This document shows, piece by piece, positions 51,316 to 61,970 of a stretch of 64,000 bases of DNA. The notes below the pieces were generated by a model. That model ran no database searches, had not been told where the DNA came from, and saw only the letters and a program-made list of their open reading frames with translations. Position numbers and translations under genes: made by a program. This DNA is from a bacterium (GTDB taxonomy: Bacteria; Zhuqueibacterota; Zhuqueibacteria; Residuimicrobiales; Krinioviventaceae). The stretch's first letter is position 1; each line of letters starts with the position of its first letter. The DNA is taken from NCBI GenBank assembly GCA_963693055.1, contig OY843751.1, forward strand, positions 5,120,001 to 5,184,000. The letters are read 5' to 3'.

Positions 51316-53163
51316 TTATTTGTTCAGGTCATTTACTATTTCCGCCATTTCAGGGCTTTTTTCAATCCGATAATTATCGGTTAAACGGGTGTAATTGGCG
51401 GTTTCATACATCACAAAACCATCCAGCTCAGGACTGGATTTTACCCGTTTGATCTCATTACGTGTGCGGTCAAAAGGGCCCTCAAAGGTCATACCGTGAA
51501 AGTCCCCTTGCAAATAAAACGGTTTCCCCACAGCATGGGCCGCATTACCAAAAGTTTCAATAGTGTTGCGCAGCTTCCATGGACGCAGGGAATAATGTCC
51601 GCGCAGTTCAAATTCGTCGCCAATTTCTTTTATCCAGGTTTGCCATTGCCATTCAAAATTTGGCGGCAGCGCGATAGTGGGTTTTCGATCATCAAGCCAC
51701 AGTATACCGGTGTTCAGATGCAGGTTTATATTTTTACCCCGGCTTTTAATGAGATCACGTGCCTGGCGCAGAAACTGTGTATAGGCATCACCATTGATCC
51801 GACAGATAGTCGGGTAATCGGTTTTGCCCCCGGACGCTTCCAATACCGGTTCGTTGTATCCATACTCCCAATACTCGGCCATACGGGTATGATTTCCAAC
51901 ACGGAAATTCACGCCATCCACACCCCGGTCAAGGCAATATCGTGTCAATCTTAACCACTCTTCACGCACCTCGGGATAGATAGGATGCAATGTGCCCAGC
52001 ATGTATTCCGGTTTACCACAGGCAGCGATCAGAAATCCCTCTTTATCCAGCGTAGTCCATTTTGTTGACAATTCGCTTCCAAAAGCATAATGATCATTGT
52101 AATGCTGCTCCATCTTGCGCGCGTCGTTGATCTCTGCCTGCACTTCCGGCAATTGTAAATACGGTACTGATTTCTTTTGGAGATCGTGCTGAAAAAAACC
52201 GGCGTTATGAGATTTCAAACTTGCCGGGCCTTTACCCAGTGTATGCGGCATGATCTCACCGTCCGCGTTTAGCAGTTCAAGTATGTTGCCGTTTTCGTTG
52301 CTGAAATTACCCTGCTCATCGGCAAGCGAGCATTTGATCAGGATATAAACATGGTCCCGGGGAATTTGCAGCCCGGAAAAGGTCAATGCCCGGCATTTTC
52401 TCCAATAGGCAAAACGATATCGGGGCACAAGGGATTCTTCAAACTCGATCGGACCGGTATATTTTACAAAATTATTGTTTGTGGCACTCGTCCAGATGGA
52501 AATGTGCTCTTGTTTTACCCGATGGTCCCTGTGATCACCTTTGAGCAGTCGAATAGCAGTTATCGGGCCTTTTACCTCAAAAGTACCGGGCCTGCGTTTC
52601 AGGTTCATTTCAGGGTGTTCCGCAGCAAAAGGCAGCGCACCGGGACATATTCCGCGCAAATCTTTAAAAGCGCACGAATGTTCGGGGAACGGCATGGTTA
52701 CCGGGAGGAATGTTCCGAATCCACCGTTTTCAAAAGGCTTGATGATCGTGTAACATTCCAGACCGTGCGCGTAGGCCGATTCGGCAACCTGAGCGATCAG
52801 ATCAAATCCATGCGGATAATTATCATAATATGCTGCTCGCGGATTATACATAAACTGGTGCCGGCTGACGCCCATAGACGCCAGCTCTTTGTGCAGATCA
52901 TCAATTTGTGATTTGTCCCAAAAGTACAGATTTTTTTGATAAAATTCTTCAGGTCGTTTTTTAGGCGCACCATAGCGGGAACCTTTATAGTTCACACCCA
53001 GATTATCATTATAATCTGTGGTGGCAATGAGTTTTTTACCACTGGCCGCAATTGATGTTTTCATTAAAGGACCGACATAACCACCCAGCATTGCAGCTCC
53101 CAAACCGGATGCGGTACAGGTTATAAAATTTCGTCGTGTAATTGTTTTTCTTGCTTTTCTCAT
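51316..53163 (-). CDS. Tat-exported hypothetical protein, possible glycoside hydrolase
   Basis: TRRNFI signal; HPIYPEVRE...GVDGVNF TIM-barrel-like motif; last gene of the TonB locus. Confidence 0.55.
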   Translation of the reverse strand: MRKARKTITRRNFITCTASGLGAAMLGGYVGPLMKTSIAASGKKLIATTDYNDNLGVNYKGSRYGAPKKRPEEFYQKNLYFWDKSQIDDLHKELASMGVSRHQFMYNPRAAYYDNYPHGFDLIAQVAESAYAHGLECYTIIKPFENGGFGTFLPVTMPFPEHSCAFKDLRGICPGALPFAAEHPEMNLKRRPGTFEVKGPITAIRLLKGDHRDHRVKQEHISIWTSATNNNFVKYTGPIEFEESLVPRYRFAYWRKCRALTFSGLQIPRDHVYILIKCSLADEQGNFSNENGNILELLNADGEIMPHTLGKGPASLKSHNAGFFQHDLQKKSVPYLQLPEVQAEINDARKMEQHYNDHYAFGSELSTKWTTLDKEGFLIAACGKPEYMLGTLHPIYPEVREEWLRLTRYCLDRGVDGVNFRVGNHTRMAEYWEYGYNEPVLEASGGKTDYPTICRINGDAYTQFLRQARDLIKSRGKNINLHLNTGILWLDDRKPTIALPPNFEWQWQTWIKEIGDEFELRGHYSLRPWKLRNTIETFGNAAHAVGKPFYLQGDFHGMTFEGPFDRTRNEIKRVKSSPELDGFVMYETANYTRLTDNYRIEKSPEMAEIVNDLNK

Positions 53164-53188
53164 ATATACCTGCTTTTAATAATTGTTA

Positions 53189-54757
53189 TTATAATTTTCC
53201 CGGAACCGTATAAAAAACACTATTCTTGTTGACATTATTATCAAATACAACAGGATCGTTTTTTAAATTCAAAAAATCATGAATATGAATATTGGCTGTT
53301 GACGCACCTGTAATCCTTGTCTTTTCCTGCTTTTGTGAATACCATAATACTCCATTTCGGCACTCATTCAGCAGATAAACAGGCGTTTTCGTATCACGAA
53401 TGATATCACCAGAATTGATTTTTTCCAAATGAAAACGATCAACATGATTCAGACATAACGATAAGCGATCATATCGAATTGAAGGCTGATCATACCAAAA
53501 TAGCTTTATATCACTCAAAGTTAATCCATGAATATTAGCAAAGGTGAAATATGAATTATGGCGTGCATACAAAGTATCCTGAATACCATGAGTCGTACGG
53601 CTGCCACCAATATGTTTTTGAAACTGAGAAAAATCCAGTGGTTTGTCAATACGTATGGTAATGTTTTCAAATGTTAAATTTTCAATAGGGCTTTCGGGCA
53701 GTCCCTGAATGAGCACTTTGCTGTCACATTTTATTTGGATATCTCTGAACGTTACATCTCTTATCTTTCCGATTTTTGAATCGGGATGTCTTTTTTCAAT
53801 ATCCATGTGTATTGGATACGGTTTGAGGCGTAAAAATGGGAATGTATGGGTTGTGATAGAAATATCACTAAACGTAATACGCTCTATCGTGGCACCGTCT
53901 TTTAAATTAAATCCCAGGCCTATGCGTGAATTTTTGATAACACAATTTGAAACATGAATATCTCTAAAATCACCGTGTGACTCGGTGCCAATTTTAATAG
54001 CAGCGGCAATAGATTCAAGAATACAATTCTCAACCACAATATTTTCACAGGGATACTTTTCAGTCGATTTAAATACAATACAATCATCACCTGCTACAAT
54101 ATTACAATTTGAAATGGTAACATTCTTACACGAATTGGGATCAATACCGTCAGAATTAACCCGCAAGGGATTATTAAGAATTGTCACATTGTCAATAGAT
54201 ACATTTTCACATCGCTTTAAATGTACAGTCCACGAATCAGAATACAACATATTAATATCAGAAATTTTGACAAAAGAACATTGTTCAATATACAGCACAC
54301 CTGTTCGGAATGACAATTTTTCATATTTCACATCTTTTCTTCTACCGTAATCATTTTCTCCCTGTCCGTAAAGGCTTCCCATTCCGGCAATAGAAATATG
54401 CTTTTTGCCTTTTGCGTAAATCAAGCATTTTCCGGTTTGAGGAGAGTAATCTGACAGATCGCGGCTTGCCTTGATAACAGCCCCTGATTCCAGATAAAGA
54501 GAAATATTGTCTTCAAGCACGATTGTACCTGACAAATATTCCCCGGCAGGGAACAAAACGGTTCCGCCTCCTGCTTTAGAACACGCATCAACCGCTTCCT
54601 GGATAGCATTTTGATCGTTGGTTAATCCGTCTCCAATTGCGCCATAATTTTTGACATTTTCAATTGCTGCAAAAGACAATGATGGGGCAAGAAAGGCCAT
54701 TAAGATTATTGACAACGTGAATTGTCGGTTTAATTTTAATAATAACTTGAAATACAT
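53189..54757 (-). CDS. GH28 polygalacturonase-like glycoside hydrolase
   Basis: YGAIGDG, NSDGID, GDDCI, KIGTES. Confidence 0.9.
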   Translation of the reverse strand: MYFKLLLKLNRQFTLSIILMAFLAPSLSFAAIENVKNYGAIGDGLTNDQNAIQEAVDACSKAGGGTVLFPAGEYLSGTIVLEDNISLYLESGAVIKASRDLSDYSPQTGKCLIYAKGKKHISIAGMGSLYGQGENDYGRRKDVKYEKLSFRTGVLYIEQCSFVKISDINMLYSDSWTVHLKRCENVSIDNVTILNNPLRVNSDGIDPNSCKNVTISNCNIVAGDDCIVFKSTEKYPCENIVVENCILESIAAAIKIGTESHGDFRDIHVSNCVIKNSRIGLGFNLKDGATIERITFSDISITTHTFPFLRLKPYPIHMDIEKRHPDSKIGKIRDVTFRDIQIKCDSKVLIQGLPESPIENLTFENITIRIDKPLDFSQFQKHIGGSRTTHGIQDTLYARHNSYFTFANIHGLTLSDIKLFWYDQPSIRYDRLSLCLNHVDRFHLEKINSGDIIRDTKTPVYLLNECRNGVLWYSQKQEKTRITGASTANIHIHDFLNLKNDPVVFDNNVNKNSVFYTVPGKL

Positions 54758-54807
54758 ATTAAAATATTATCCATGTTAATAGAAAAATAATCTGTGGGGA
54801 ATTAAAT

Positions 54808-54847
54808 GGCACAATAAAGAACAAAATCAATCATTCTTTATTGTGCC
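54808..54847. terminator. Intergenic hairpin
   Basis: ggcacaataaagaa/ttctttattgtgcc. Confidence 0.6.
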
Positions 54848-54864
54848 GGGGAGAAATGGTAGCG

Positions 54865-56586
54865 TTATCTTACAAGTACCATTTTAATGTTTTTCTTTAA
54901 ATCATTAGACTGGATCTGACAATAATAAATACCGCTTCCAACACTTCGGCTATATTCATCTGTTCCATCCCAAACAACTGAATGGTTGCCTGCCTGTACT
55001 TTGGCATTTACCAGGGTCTTAATTGCCTGGCCCAGGGTATTATAAACAGTCAAAGTCACTGCAGCGTTTTTATTCAAAGAATAGTTGATAGTGGTTACCG
55101 GGTTGAACGGATTGGGATAATTCTGTTTCAACTGAAAATCATCAATCACCATAGCTTGTTCATCTTCAACTGCAGTTGATAAACTGATCGGTGTCAAAGT
55201 ACCAGCGTCACCATTTTCCCATTTTTCTTTCAATTCGGGGAACCAGTTCAAGTCACCAACCGGGTAACCATCGTCTCCTGCAAGATGGTATCCTTCGGTA
55301 GCGTATGTTTGTTCATAATCAAAAGAAAAATCAATGGGCAGCGGCCAGGGATTGGTAAACGGATCTTCATCATCATCCGGGTACCAACTTCTGGTTGGCA
55401 TTTCCTGACTTGTTCTGTTAGCATCCTGCCATGCGATCACTTTATCATACTGATCTTCGGTCAATGGAGTAGTTAAAAGCGGATCAATACCTTCAACATT
55501 GTTTTCAAAAGTAAAATTGGGATAAGCATCAAACATTTCCTGGCCTGTAGCTGTTAACCAGGGAATATTCCACACATTGTTGTCCGCATGCCAGTTGAGT
55601 ATTTTAGGAGTATCAAAACGAACGTTATGGTGAATTTGAATATCGCGCTCAGTTTCATCTATGCCCCATTCAACGGCAAGGGTATCTACCGGGAAAAAGC
55701 CTTCAGTTTCATTTCCTTCTCTCCAGGAATCATGACCAGCCATATAATCGCCTGCATAATCAACACCCTGATAGAGACCAGAGTCTACAACTGCGCGAAC
55801 ATAACCATCAACAAATAAATTGTTTTTAATAGTATAACTCTTTAAAACCTCCATAACCTCAAATACCTGTCGGCTTGTTAGCACAATTGTATTATGTTCT
55901 ACAACTACATTCTCTACCACATCGAAAACCTTATCGTGATTCAGGAAAGCAGGGCCGGTTGTATTGAACACAGTATTGTTTGCAATATAGTAGGAACCCG
56001 TATGCGCACCTTGAATCCAAACAAAACGACCGCCTGAATTAACACTGGATTCAGAAAAAGAATTATAATATAAGCAATTGGTCACTTTTAAATTGACCAT
56101 AGCTGCATTCTCAAGATGAACAAAATAACCACGGCCTCCACTAGAGATAACATTATCAATAGTAACATCAATAGAATCTTCTACAACCCTGATAATAGCT
56201 CTCTTACCCCAAATTCCACTCAGCGTTGTATTGTGAACCCACAAGTTTTTAAGAGTAATGTCACCTTCAACAGTGAAAGGGTAAATCTTATTTGAGTCAG
56301 AATCACGGATCAGTTGCGGGGGGACCTTGTCATCATCTTCGCCTTCTACTATCAGGTGCCAGCCATTATTAACAATATCTTCAGTCATGATATAAATCGC
56401 ATCAGGACCGCTTTGCAGTTTAAATACTTTACCATGATTTGCCTCATCATTAACTGCATCATTAAGTGTTCCATTACCAGGCGCTACATGAACTGTATCA
56501 GGGACCTGAGCAAAACACATCACTACAAACAACAAGATAATACTAGTAACCGATTTCAGTTTCAACATAATTGAATTAACCTCCAT
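54865..56586 (-). CDS. Secreted beta-helix protein with FlgD/T9SS-type C-terminal domain
   Basis: NNT/HNT/NNLF repeats, PVGDLNWFP, NYPNPFNP. Confidence 0.8.
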   Translation of the reverse strand: MEVNSIMLKLKSVTSIILLFVVMCFAQVPDTVHVAPGNGTLNDAVNDEANHGKVFKLQSGPDAIYIMTEDIVNNGWHLIVEGEDDDKVPPQLIRDSDSNKIYPFTVEGDITLKNLWVHNTTLSGIWGKRAIIRVVEDSIDVTIDNVISSGGRGYFVHLENAAMVNLKVTNCLYYNSFSESSVNSGGRFVWIQGAHTGSYYIANNTVFNTTGPAFLNHDKVFDVVENVVVEHNTIVLTSRQVFEVMEVLKSYTIKNNLFVDGYVRAVVDSGLYQGVDYAGDYMAGHDSWREGNETEGFFPVDTLAVEWGIDETERDIQIHHNVRFDTPKILNWHADNNVWNIPWLTATGQEMFDAYPNFTFENNVEGIDPLLTTPLTEDQYDKVIAWQDANRTSQEMPTRSWYPDDDEDPFTNPWPLPIDFSFDYEQTYATEGYHLAGDDGYPVGDLNWFPELKEKWENGDAGTLTPISLSTAVEDEQAMVIDDFQLKQNYPNPFNPVTTINYSLNKNAAVTLTVYNTLGQAIKTLVNAKVQAGNHSVVWDGTDEYSRSVGSGIYYCQIQSNDLKKNIKMVLVR

Positions 56587-56674
56587 TATTAACCTTCATG
56601 ACACACTTACATTTCAATTCTTAACAGCAACATTTTTCAAATTTTATCCGAGTTTGATCACCTCCTTTATATTT

Positions 56675-59600
56675 TTAATAAGTAAAACGTAATCCCAAAG
56701 ATGCCTGCCAGTCATAATGTTCTTCTTTTTGCAGATAATCGATAATATTATAACGGATAATATCCGGATCATTGGTCAGATTGTTCAAATCAAAGAACAG
56801 ATCAAAATTATGAGTCAATTTTTGCTTAAGCTTTATATCCATCCTGATCACTTCATCTTTGTAATAATCCTGAATAGTAAACACCCTGTCAACATAAGCC
56901 AGTGTGTTACCCTGGTAATAGAATGATAAGCGCCCTGAAAAACCGCCTTTATCATAACCTACAGATACGTTCCCTACAATTTTGGGTTGGTTCTGCATAC
57001 GGTTTTTCCTATATATTAAAGAGTCTACTCTATCACGATACCAGGGGGCCGTACCTTGAGTTTCGGTATAATGCGGGTACCGGGTTTCAGTATCTATAAA
57101 TGAAATATTTGTATTTAATACCAGGCCGTCAAAAGGTTTGGGCAAATACCAGAATCGGGTCTGCCATTCCAATTCGATACCACGCACATAAGCAGTAAGT
57201 TCATTATTAATTGGTTCTGTCAGGGTGTAGCCCACAAAATCATCAGCACTGTAGGCTACAAAATCTTCATTTGGGAGTCCGCTTAAAACTTCCCCTTTAC
57301 GAATATTGGTGGTAACTGCATAAATATAATTATCAATTTCTTTATAAAATCCACCAACAGAAAATAAACCAACAATATTATTATAAAAAGAGGCCTGGGC
57401 ATCTAAATTCTGACTGGTCTCCACTTTGAGGTTCGGATTACCACGATAAATAGCTTCACTTGAACTTGATATACGCAATTGTGGCGAATATTGCAGATAA
57501 TTAGGTCTGCGTAATGTCTTTGTAGAGGCAACACGCAAATCACACCAGTCATTAACTTTGTATTGCAGGTGTATCATTGGCAGCCAAAACTCATTTTCAG
57601 GTTTGGCATTTAATACCTCTTTAACACCTTGGTGCTTTTTGTGTATGTTATAAACACCCCGGTAATCGATATAATACGCATCAATATCATGCTCAACGCT
57701 TTCATAACGGACACCCGGAGTAAAGGTCCATTTTCTGCCCAGGTTGATCTCACTCATCATATATCCGGCAGAATAATAGGAATTGCTTGTATAATCCGAA
57801 TAATCCGCGGTAAGGGATTCCATCATATGAGGCGGGGTTGGAGCATCCTTGGAAGCATTATAAACATCTGCAATTCTCTTCATATCGTCATGATTCGAAT
57901 AGGCAAGAAAATTATACCCTTTTAAAAGGTCTGAAACCTCCAATGAGTAATCGACAAAGTTAGAATAAGCAACATATAATCCATCAACAAGCACCAAGTC
58001 CTTTTCAGGAAAAATCTCATCCCGAATTCGTCGAAGCTGTCCATCATGACCGCCTCCTGCCCGGGTATCTGATTTCCAGATTTCATAATCTTTTGACCGA
58101 TCATGGTACCTGTATTTCCCGCCAAATTTGATATTACCGTTTGAATAACTGCCTATGCGCCAGGGACGTTCAAAATTGAATTCCGAGCTATATTCCTGTG
58201 CCTCGGTTTCAGTCCATTCGTGTTCTACTTTATTCCATCTGACTTTATCAAGGTCCCAGACAAACATATCGTAAATCTGGTCAGGAGATTTGTCAAGGTC
58301 TGTTGTGCTACCAGTAAAGGATATATAACCGCTGGAAAACTGGACAGTCCAGTCTTCCGGTGTTCTATATTTTGTATTTGAATGAGCAAACTTCCAATCA
58401 AACAAACCGTTAAATAACTGATGCTCTCCGCCCAAAGAGTTGGAAATATTGCGGTTTTCGGATTTTGTAAAAATATGACTAAAATCCAAAGCATCCGAAC
58501 CACCTATAGGTTCCGCTTTAATGCGACGAGTAAGATTTTCTGTATTCAACTGGCTGCCAAAATTCTTGAATAGCAGCTTGCCATTGGACAAACGATAATC
58601 CATAACCAGAGTTACACCATAACGATCTTTAATACTGTTAACATTATACAAATTAATGGATTTTAATTTGGGGTCACCGGGCTGATCAAAGATATTATGA
58701 GATGAATGTTCATAGCTTGAACCAAAATAATCTGTACTGCGATCATCTTCACGTGCTGAAATCTGGGCATAGATACCCAACCTTTCATCAAAAAAGCGAT
58801 TGCTAACACTCAGGTTCCCTTTCGGCATACCAAATTCATCACGTAAACCGGAATACCCTCCCTGCAGATCCAGTTGTACATTGAATCCGCTGGGCGCGTC
58901 TTTGAGCACAAAATTCACATTACCACCGGTGGCATCGCCTTCCATATCGGCAGTCAACGCTTTGGTCAATACTATGCCGTCCAGCATATTGGGACTGATA
59001 AAGTCTAATCCCACACTACGGCTGTCATTCGCACTGGGCACCTTTACACCGTCAATAGAAACCGTATTAAATCCCTCAGACAAACCACGGATTGTCACGC
59101 TTGTGGCTTCTCCACCATCACGATTTATTGATACACCCGGTAAACGTCCTACAGATTCTGCGGCATTTGCGTCCGGCATCTCCTGAATTCGGTCTGACGA
59201 TACCACATTCACAATTTGTCGGGAAGCCAATTGTTGGTTAATTGCAGCCATCTGCCCCTCAGCCTGCGCGGTAACCACAACTTCAGCTCCTTCTACAACA
59301 ACAAAGTTGAGGTTAAACTCGATCTCTCTTTGCTCACCCAAACTTAATTGTACGTCTTGCTCTTGTTCTTCATAACCGATAAATTTTGCAAAAACTGTAA
59401 AATTCCCCGGAGGTAAATTCTGTATTTTAAATTCACCGTCAATATTGGTAGCTGCACCAAAATTGGTACCTTTGAGCATTACATTTGCACCGGGCAGCAC
59501 TTCACCTGTAACGGCATCTTTAACAACGCCTTTAATTAATCCACGAGATTTTTTCTTACCTTGCGGCATAATCACCATGTGGCCGTTATCCGTTATCATT

Positions 59601-59917
59601 AAACTGGTACCGGTTTCATCTAAAACAGCCATCAATGCCTGGGCAGCAAAAACCTCGTTCATCTTGATTGAAATGCGTTTTTTAACAGGTATTACATTTC
59701 TATTAAAATTAAATTGCAAATCAATCTTGTCTGATATCAACGCCAATGCGTCTTCCATTGGTGCCTTGTCAAGATTTATGGATATTTTTTTCAACATTGC
59801 CCGGGGAATAGTGGGGCCCAATTTTTGACTGATATCGTAAAGAGCCACATCATCATTGGCGAACAATAAAACATAACTTGATAGCAAGAGCATTAAAATT
59901 TTAAAAACCAACTTCAT
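56675..59917 (-). CDS. TonB-dependent receptor/transducer with STN and carboxypeptidase-like domains
   Basis: LPGANV, PDANAAESVGRLPGV plug, GNPNL, C-terminal GLRFTY. Confidence 0.93.
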   Translation of the reverse strand: MKLVFKILMLLLSSYVLLFANDDVALYDISQKLGPTIPRAMLKKISINLDKAPMEDALALISDKIDLQFNFNRNVIPVKKRISIKMNEVFAAQALMAVLDETGTSLMITDNGHMVIMPQGKKKSRGLIKGVVKDAVTGEVLPGANVMLKGTNFGAATNIDGEFKIQNLPPGNFTVFAKFIGYEEQEQDVQLSLGEQREIEFNLNFVVVEGAEVVVTAQAEGQMAAINQQLASRQIVNVVSSDRIQEMPDANAAESVGRLPGVSINRDGGEATSVTIRGLSEGFNTVSIDGVKVPSANDSRSVGLDFISPNMLDGIVLTKALTADMEGDATGGNVNFVLKDAPSGFNVQLDLQGGYSGLRDEFGMPKGNLSVSNRFFDERLGIYAQISAREDDRSTDYFGSSYEHSSHNIFDQPGDPKLKSINLYNVNSIKDRYGVTLVMDYRLSNGKLLFKNFGSQLNTENLTRRIKAEPIGGSDALDFSHIFTKSENRNISNSLGGEHQLFNGLFDWKFAHSNTKYRTPEDWTVQFSSGYISFTGSTTDLDKSPDQIYDMFVWDLDKVRWNKVEHEWTETEAQEYSSEFNFERPWRIGSYSNGNIKFGGKYRYHDRSKDYEIWKSDTRAGGGHDGQLRRIRDEIFPEKDLVLVDGLYVAYSNFVDYSLEVSDLLKGYNFLAYSNHDDMKRIADVYNASKDAPTPPHMMESLTADYSDYTSNSYYSAGYMMSEINLGRKWTFTPGVRYESVEHDIDAYYIDYRGVYNIHKKHQGVKEVLNAKPENEFWLPMIHLQYKVNDWCDLRVASTKTLRRPNYLQYSPQLRISSSSEAIYRGNPNLKVETSQNLDAQASFYNNIVGLFSVGGFYKEIDNYIYAVTTNIRKGEVLSGLPNEDFVAYSADDFVGYTLTEPINNELTAYVRGIELEWQTRFWYLPKPFDGLVLNTNISFIDTETRYPHYTETQGTAPWYRDRVDSLIYRKNRMQNQPKIVGNVSVGYDKGGFSGRLSFYYQGNTLAYVDRVFTIQDYYKDEVIRMDIKLKQKLTHNFDLFFDLNNLTNDPDIIRYNIIDYLQKEEHYDWQASLGLRFTY

Positions 59918-59971
59918 TTTCTTATAACCTCCGGAGATTCACCTTTGTTAACAAACGCTCATCAAACTATT

Positions 59972-61045
59972 TTAATTACGAACACCTGCCGTTGGGCTGG
60001 ATTGAAAATTCACTTTAATATCTTTTCGTTCAATCTGACTGTCTGTCAGAATTGCAATCAATTTTAACACATCATCAACATTGGATTGCTCAACATGCAC
60101 ACTGAGACGTTCCTGAAGTAATGATTGGTCATCATATTGAAATTCAAATCCATACCAACGATGCAACTGATCAAATATTTGTGCAACACTGGCGTTTTCA
60201 AAATTCATATCATTTTGCATCCATTTAAGATATTGTTCAATATCAATCCCGGTTGGGTCTTCCGGGTCGCCCTCAAGAGATAAAGAACTGTATTTCCCCT
60301 TGGTTAAATAGACTGTTTTTTTAGCAAACCCATCATTTCTACTAAAAGAAACTTTACCGCTTTGCACAGCAACAGATACTTGGGAATCAATATCCCAGGC
60401 TCTAACATTAAACTCGGTTCCCAGGACTTTAACCAATCCATGGTTGGCTTTTACTCTGAATGGTTTTTCGGGATTATGTGTCACTTTGAAAAATCCTTCA
60501 CCGGACAATTCAACCAACCTGTCACTCAAAAAATTTGATGAATATTTTAATTCACTTCCGGCATCCAGCGTTACGGTAGAGTTATCGGGCAATGTTATAG
60601 TCTTACGCTGACCGTTTTCTACCTTGATAATGTTGTACTGTTCTGCTATTTGATTATCAGAATTCCATGGCAGGGATGAATATCCTTCTGTGAGGAAATA
60701 AGACAGGAACAAAGCAAATATAAATACTGCGGCGTATCTCATTAACCTAAAAGCAATACGTGTATGCGCTGCGTGTATGATAACATTGGGGACTGATTTT
60801 GTTTCTTTTTTCTCTAATCCAGCTCTAAACTGTTGCCAATCTGCATCAATATCAACATTTGCCAATGGTTTCTCTTCTGCATTCCATACCGTTCTCAATA
60901 ATTGGATTTCATTGCGTATATCCGGATCATTCTGTATCCAGTTTTCAACCATTTTACGTTCCTGCTCGGAACATTCGTTTGATAAATATCTTTGTATGAT
61001 TTCAAATTTTTCAGGTGGGACCATGAATCGCCTCAAGTTTAGCAT
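59972..61045 (-). CDS. FecR family anti-sigma factor
   Basis: LPDNSTVTLDAGS, LSGEGFFKV, VLGTEFNV. Confidence 0.93.
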   Translation of the reverse strand: MLNLRRFMVPPEKFEIIQRYLSNECSEQERKMVENWIQNDPDIRNEIQLLRTVWNAEEKPLANVDIDADWQQFRAGLEKKETKSVPNVIIHAAHTRIAFRLMRYAAVFIFALFLSYFLTEGYSSLPWNSDNQIAEQYNIIKVENGQRKTITLPDNSTVTLDAGSELKYSSNFLSDRLVELSGEGFFKVTHNPEKPFRVKANHGLVKVLGTEFNVRAWDIDSQVSVAVQSGKVSFSRNDGFAKKTVYLTKGKYSSLSLEGDPEDPTGIDIEQYLKWMQNDMNFENASVAQIFDQLHRWYGFEFQYDDQSLLQERLSVHVEQSNVDDVLKLIAILTDSQIERKDIKVNFQSSPTAGVRN

Positions 61046-61120
61046 TATCGTTATCCTTTAACTATAATACCCTTGAGGGAACAAAACACCCCTACAACAT
61101 TTTAAAATTTTTAGATTTTT

Positions 61121-61684
61121 CTAGATTTTTTCTAAAAGCTTGACTAATGCAGGTTGTATTGCTTTTAGTGCGCGGGACATGTGGGTTTCAACCGTTTTAA
61201 CAGATATATCCAAAACTTTAGCAATTTCGGCATATGTTAATTTGTCAAACCGGCTCAAACAAAATATCATTTTACCTTTTTCGGGCAATTTATCTATAAC
61301 GTCATTGATTTGTTTTTCAAGCTCTTTGGCATGGATGTGATCTTCAATATGTCGTATATCATCATGCAAAATAACATATGAAGACGCATATTCACGCTCT
61401 ATATTCAATTTTTGAATTTTCTTCAAGCATTGATTTCTTACAGCGGTAAACAGATATGATTTTATATTTTTAGCAGAATCCAGATTTTTACTGTTTTCCC
61501 AAATTTTATAAAACACCTCTTGCACAACATCCTTGCACATATCAACATCATTTAAATATCTATATGCAAATTGTAATAACGGTTTATAAAAAGTTTTGAA
61601 AAGAATCTCAAAAGCATCAACATCTTTATTTCGGATCTTTTCAATTTGAAAATCTGTTAATTCCAGAGCATTATTTGTATTCAT
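61121..61684 (-). CDS. ECF RNA polymerase sigma-70 factor
   Basis: DVVQEVF...W, SYLFTAVRN, YAEIA...ISVKTVE. Confidence 0.94.
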   Translation of the reverse strand: MNTNNALELTDFQIEKIRNKDVDAFEILFKTFYKPLLQFAYRYLNDVDMCKDVVQEVFYKIWENSKNLDSAKNIKSYLFTAVRNQCLKKIQKLNIEREYASSYVILHDDIRHIEDHIHAKELEKQINDVIDKLPEKGKMIFCLSRFDKLTYAEIAKVLDISVKTVETHMSRALKAIQPALVKLLEKI

Positions 61685-61970
61685 GCTGGTATTGAACCAT
61701 ATATTGCTTTCACATGTATCTTGATAAACGCTAATTATATATTAAAACATTATCTCACCATTCAATACAAAACCGGAATCATATCTAAAATGCTTGAATG
61801 TGTTAACGGGGTTGAACAGGAAGTGAAAGCTATTGTTCTAATTCAACTCGATTAAAAATATAACCAATTTATTTTTGAATGCAAAAATCTTTTTAGCAAC
61901 AATAGCTTTCCAATTCACCAAAAAACAGATATAAAAACAACTGCACAAATAATTTTTCGTACCAAAGTGT

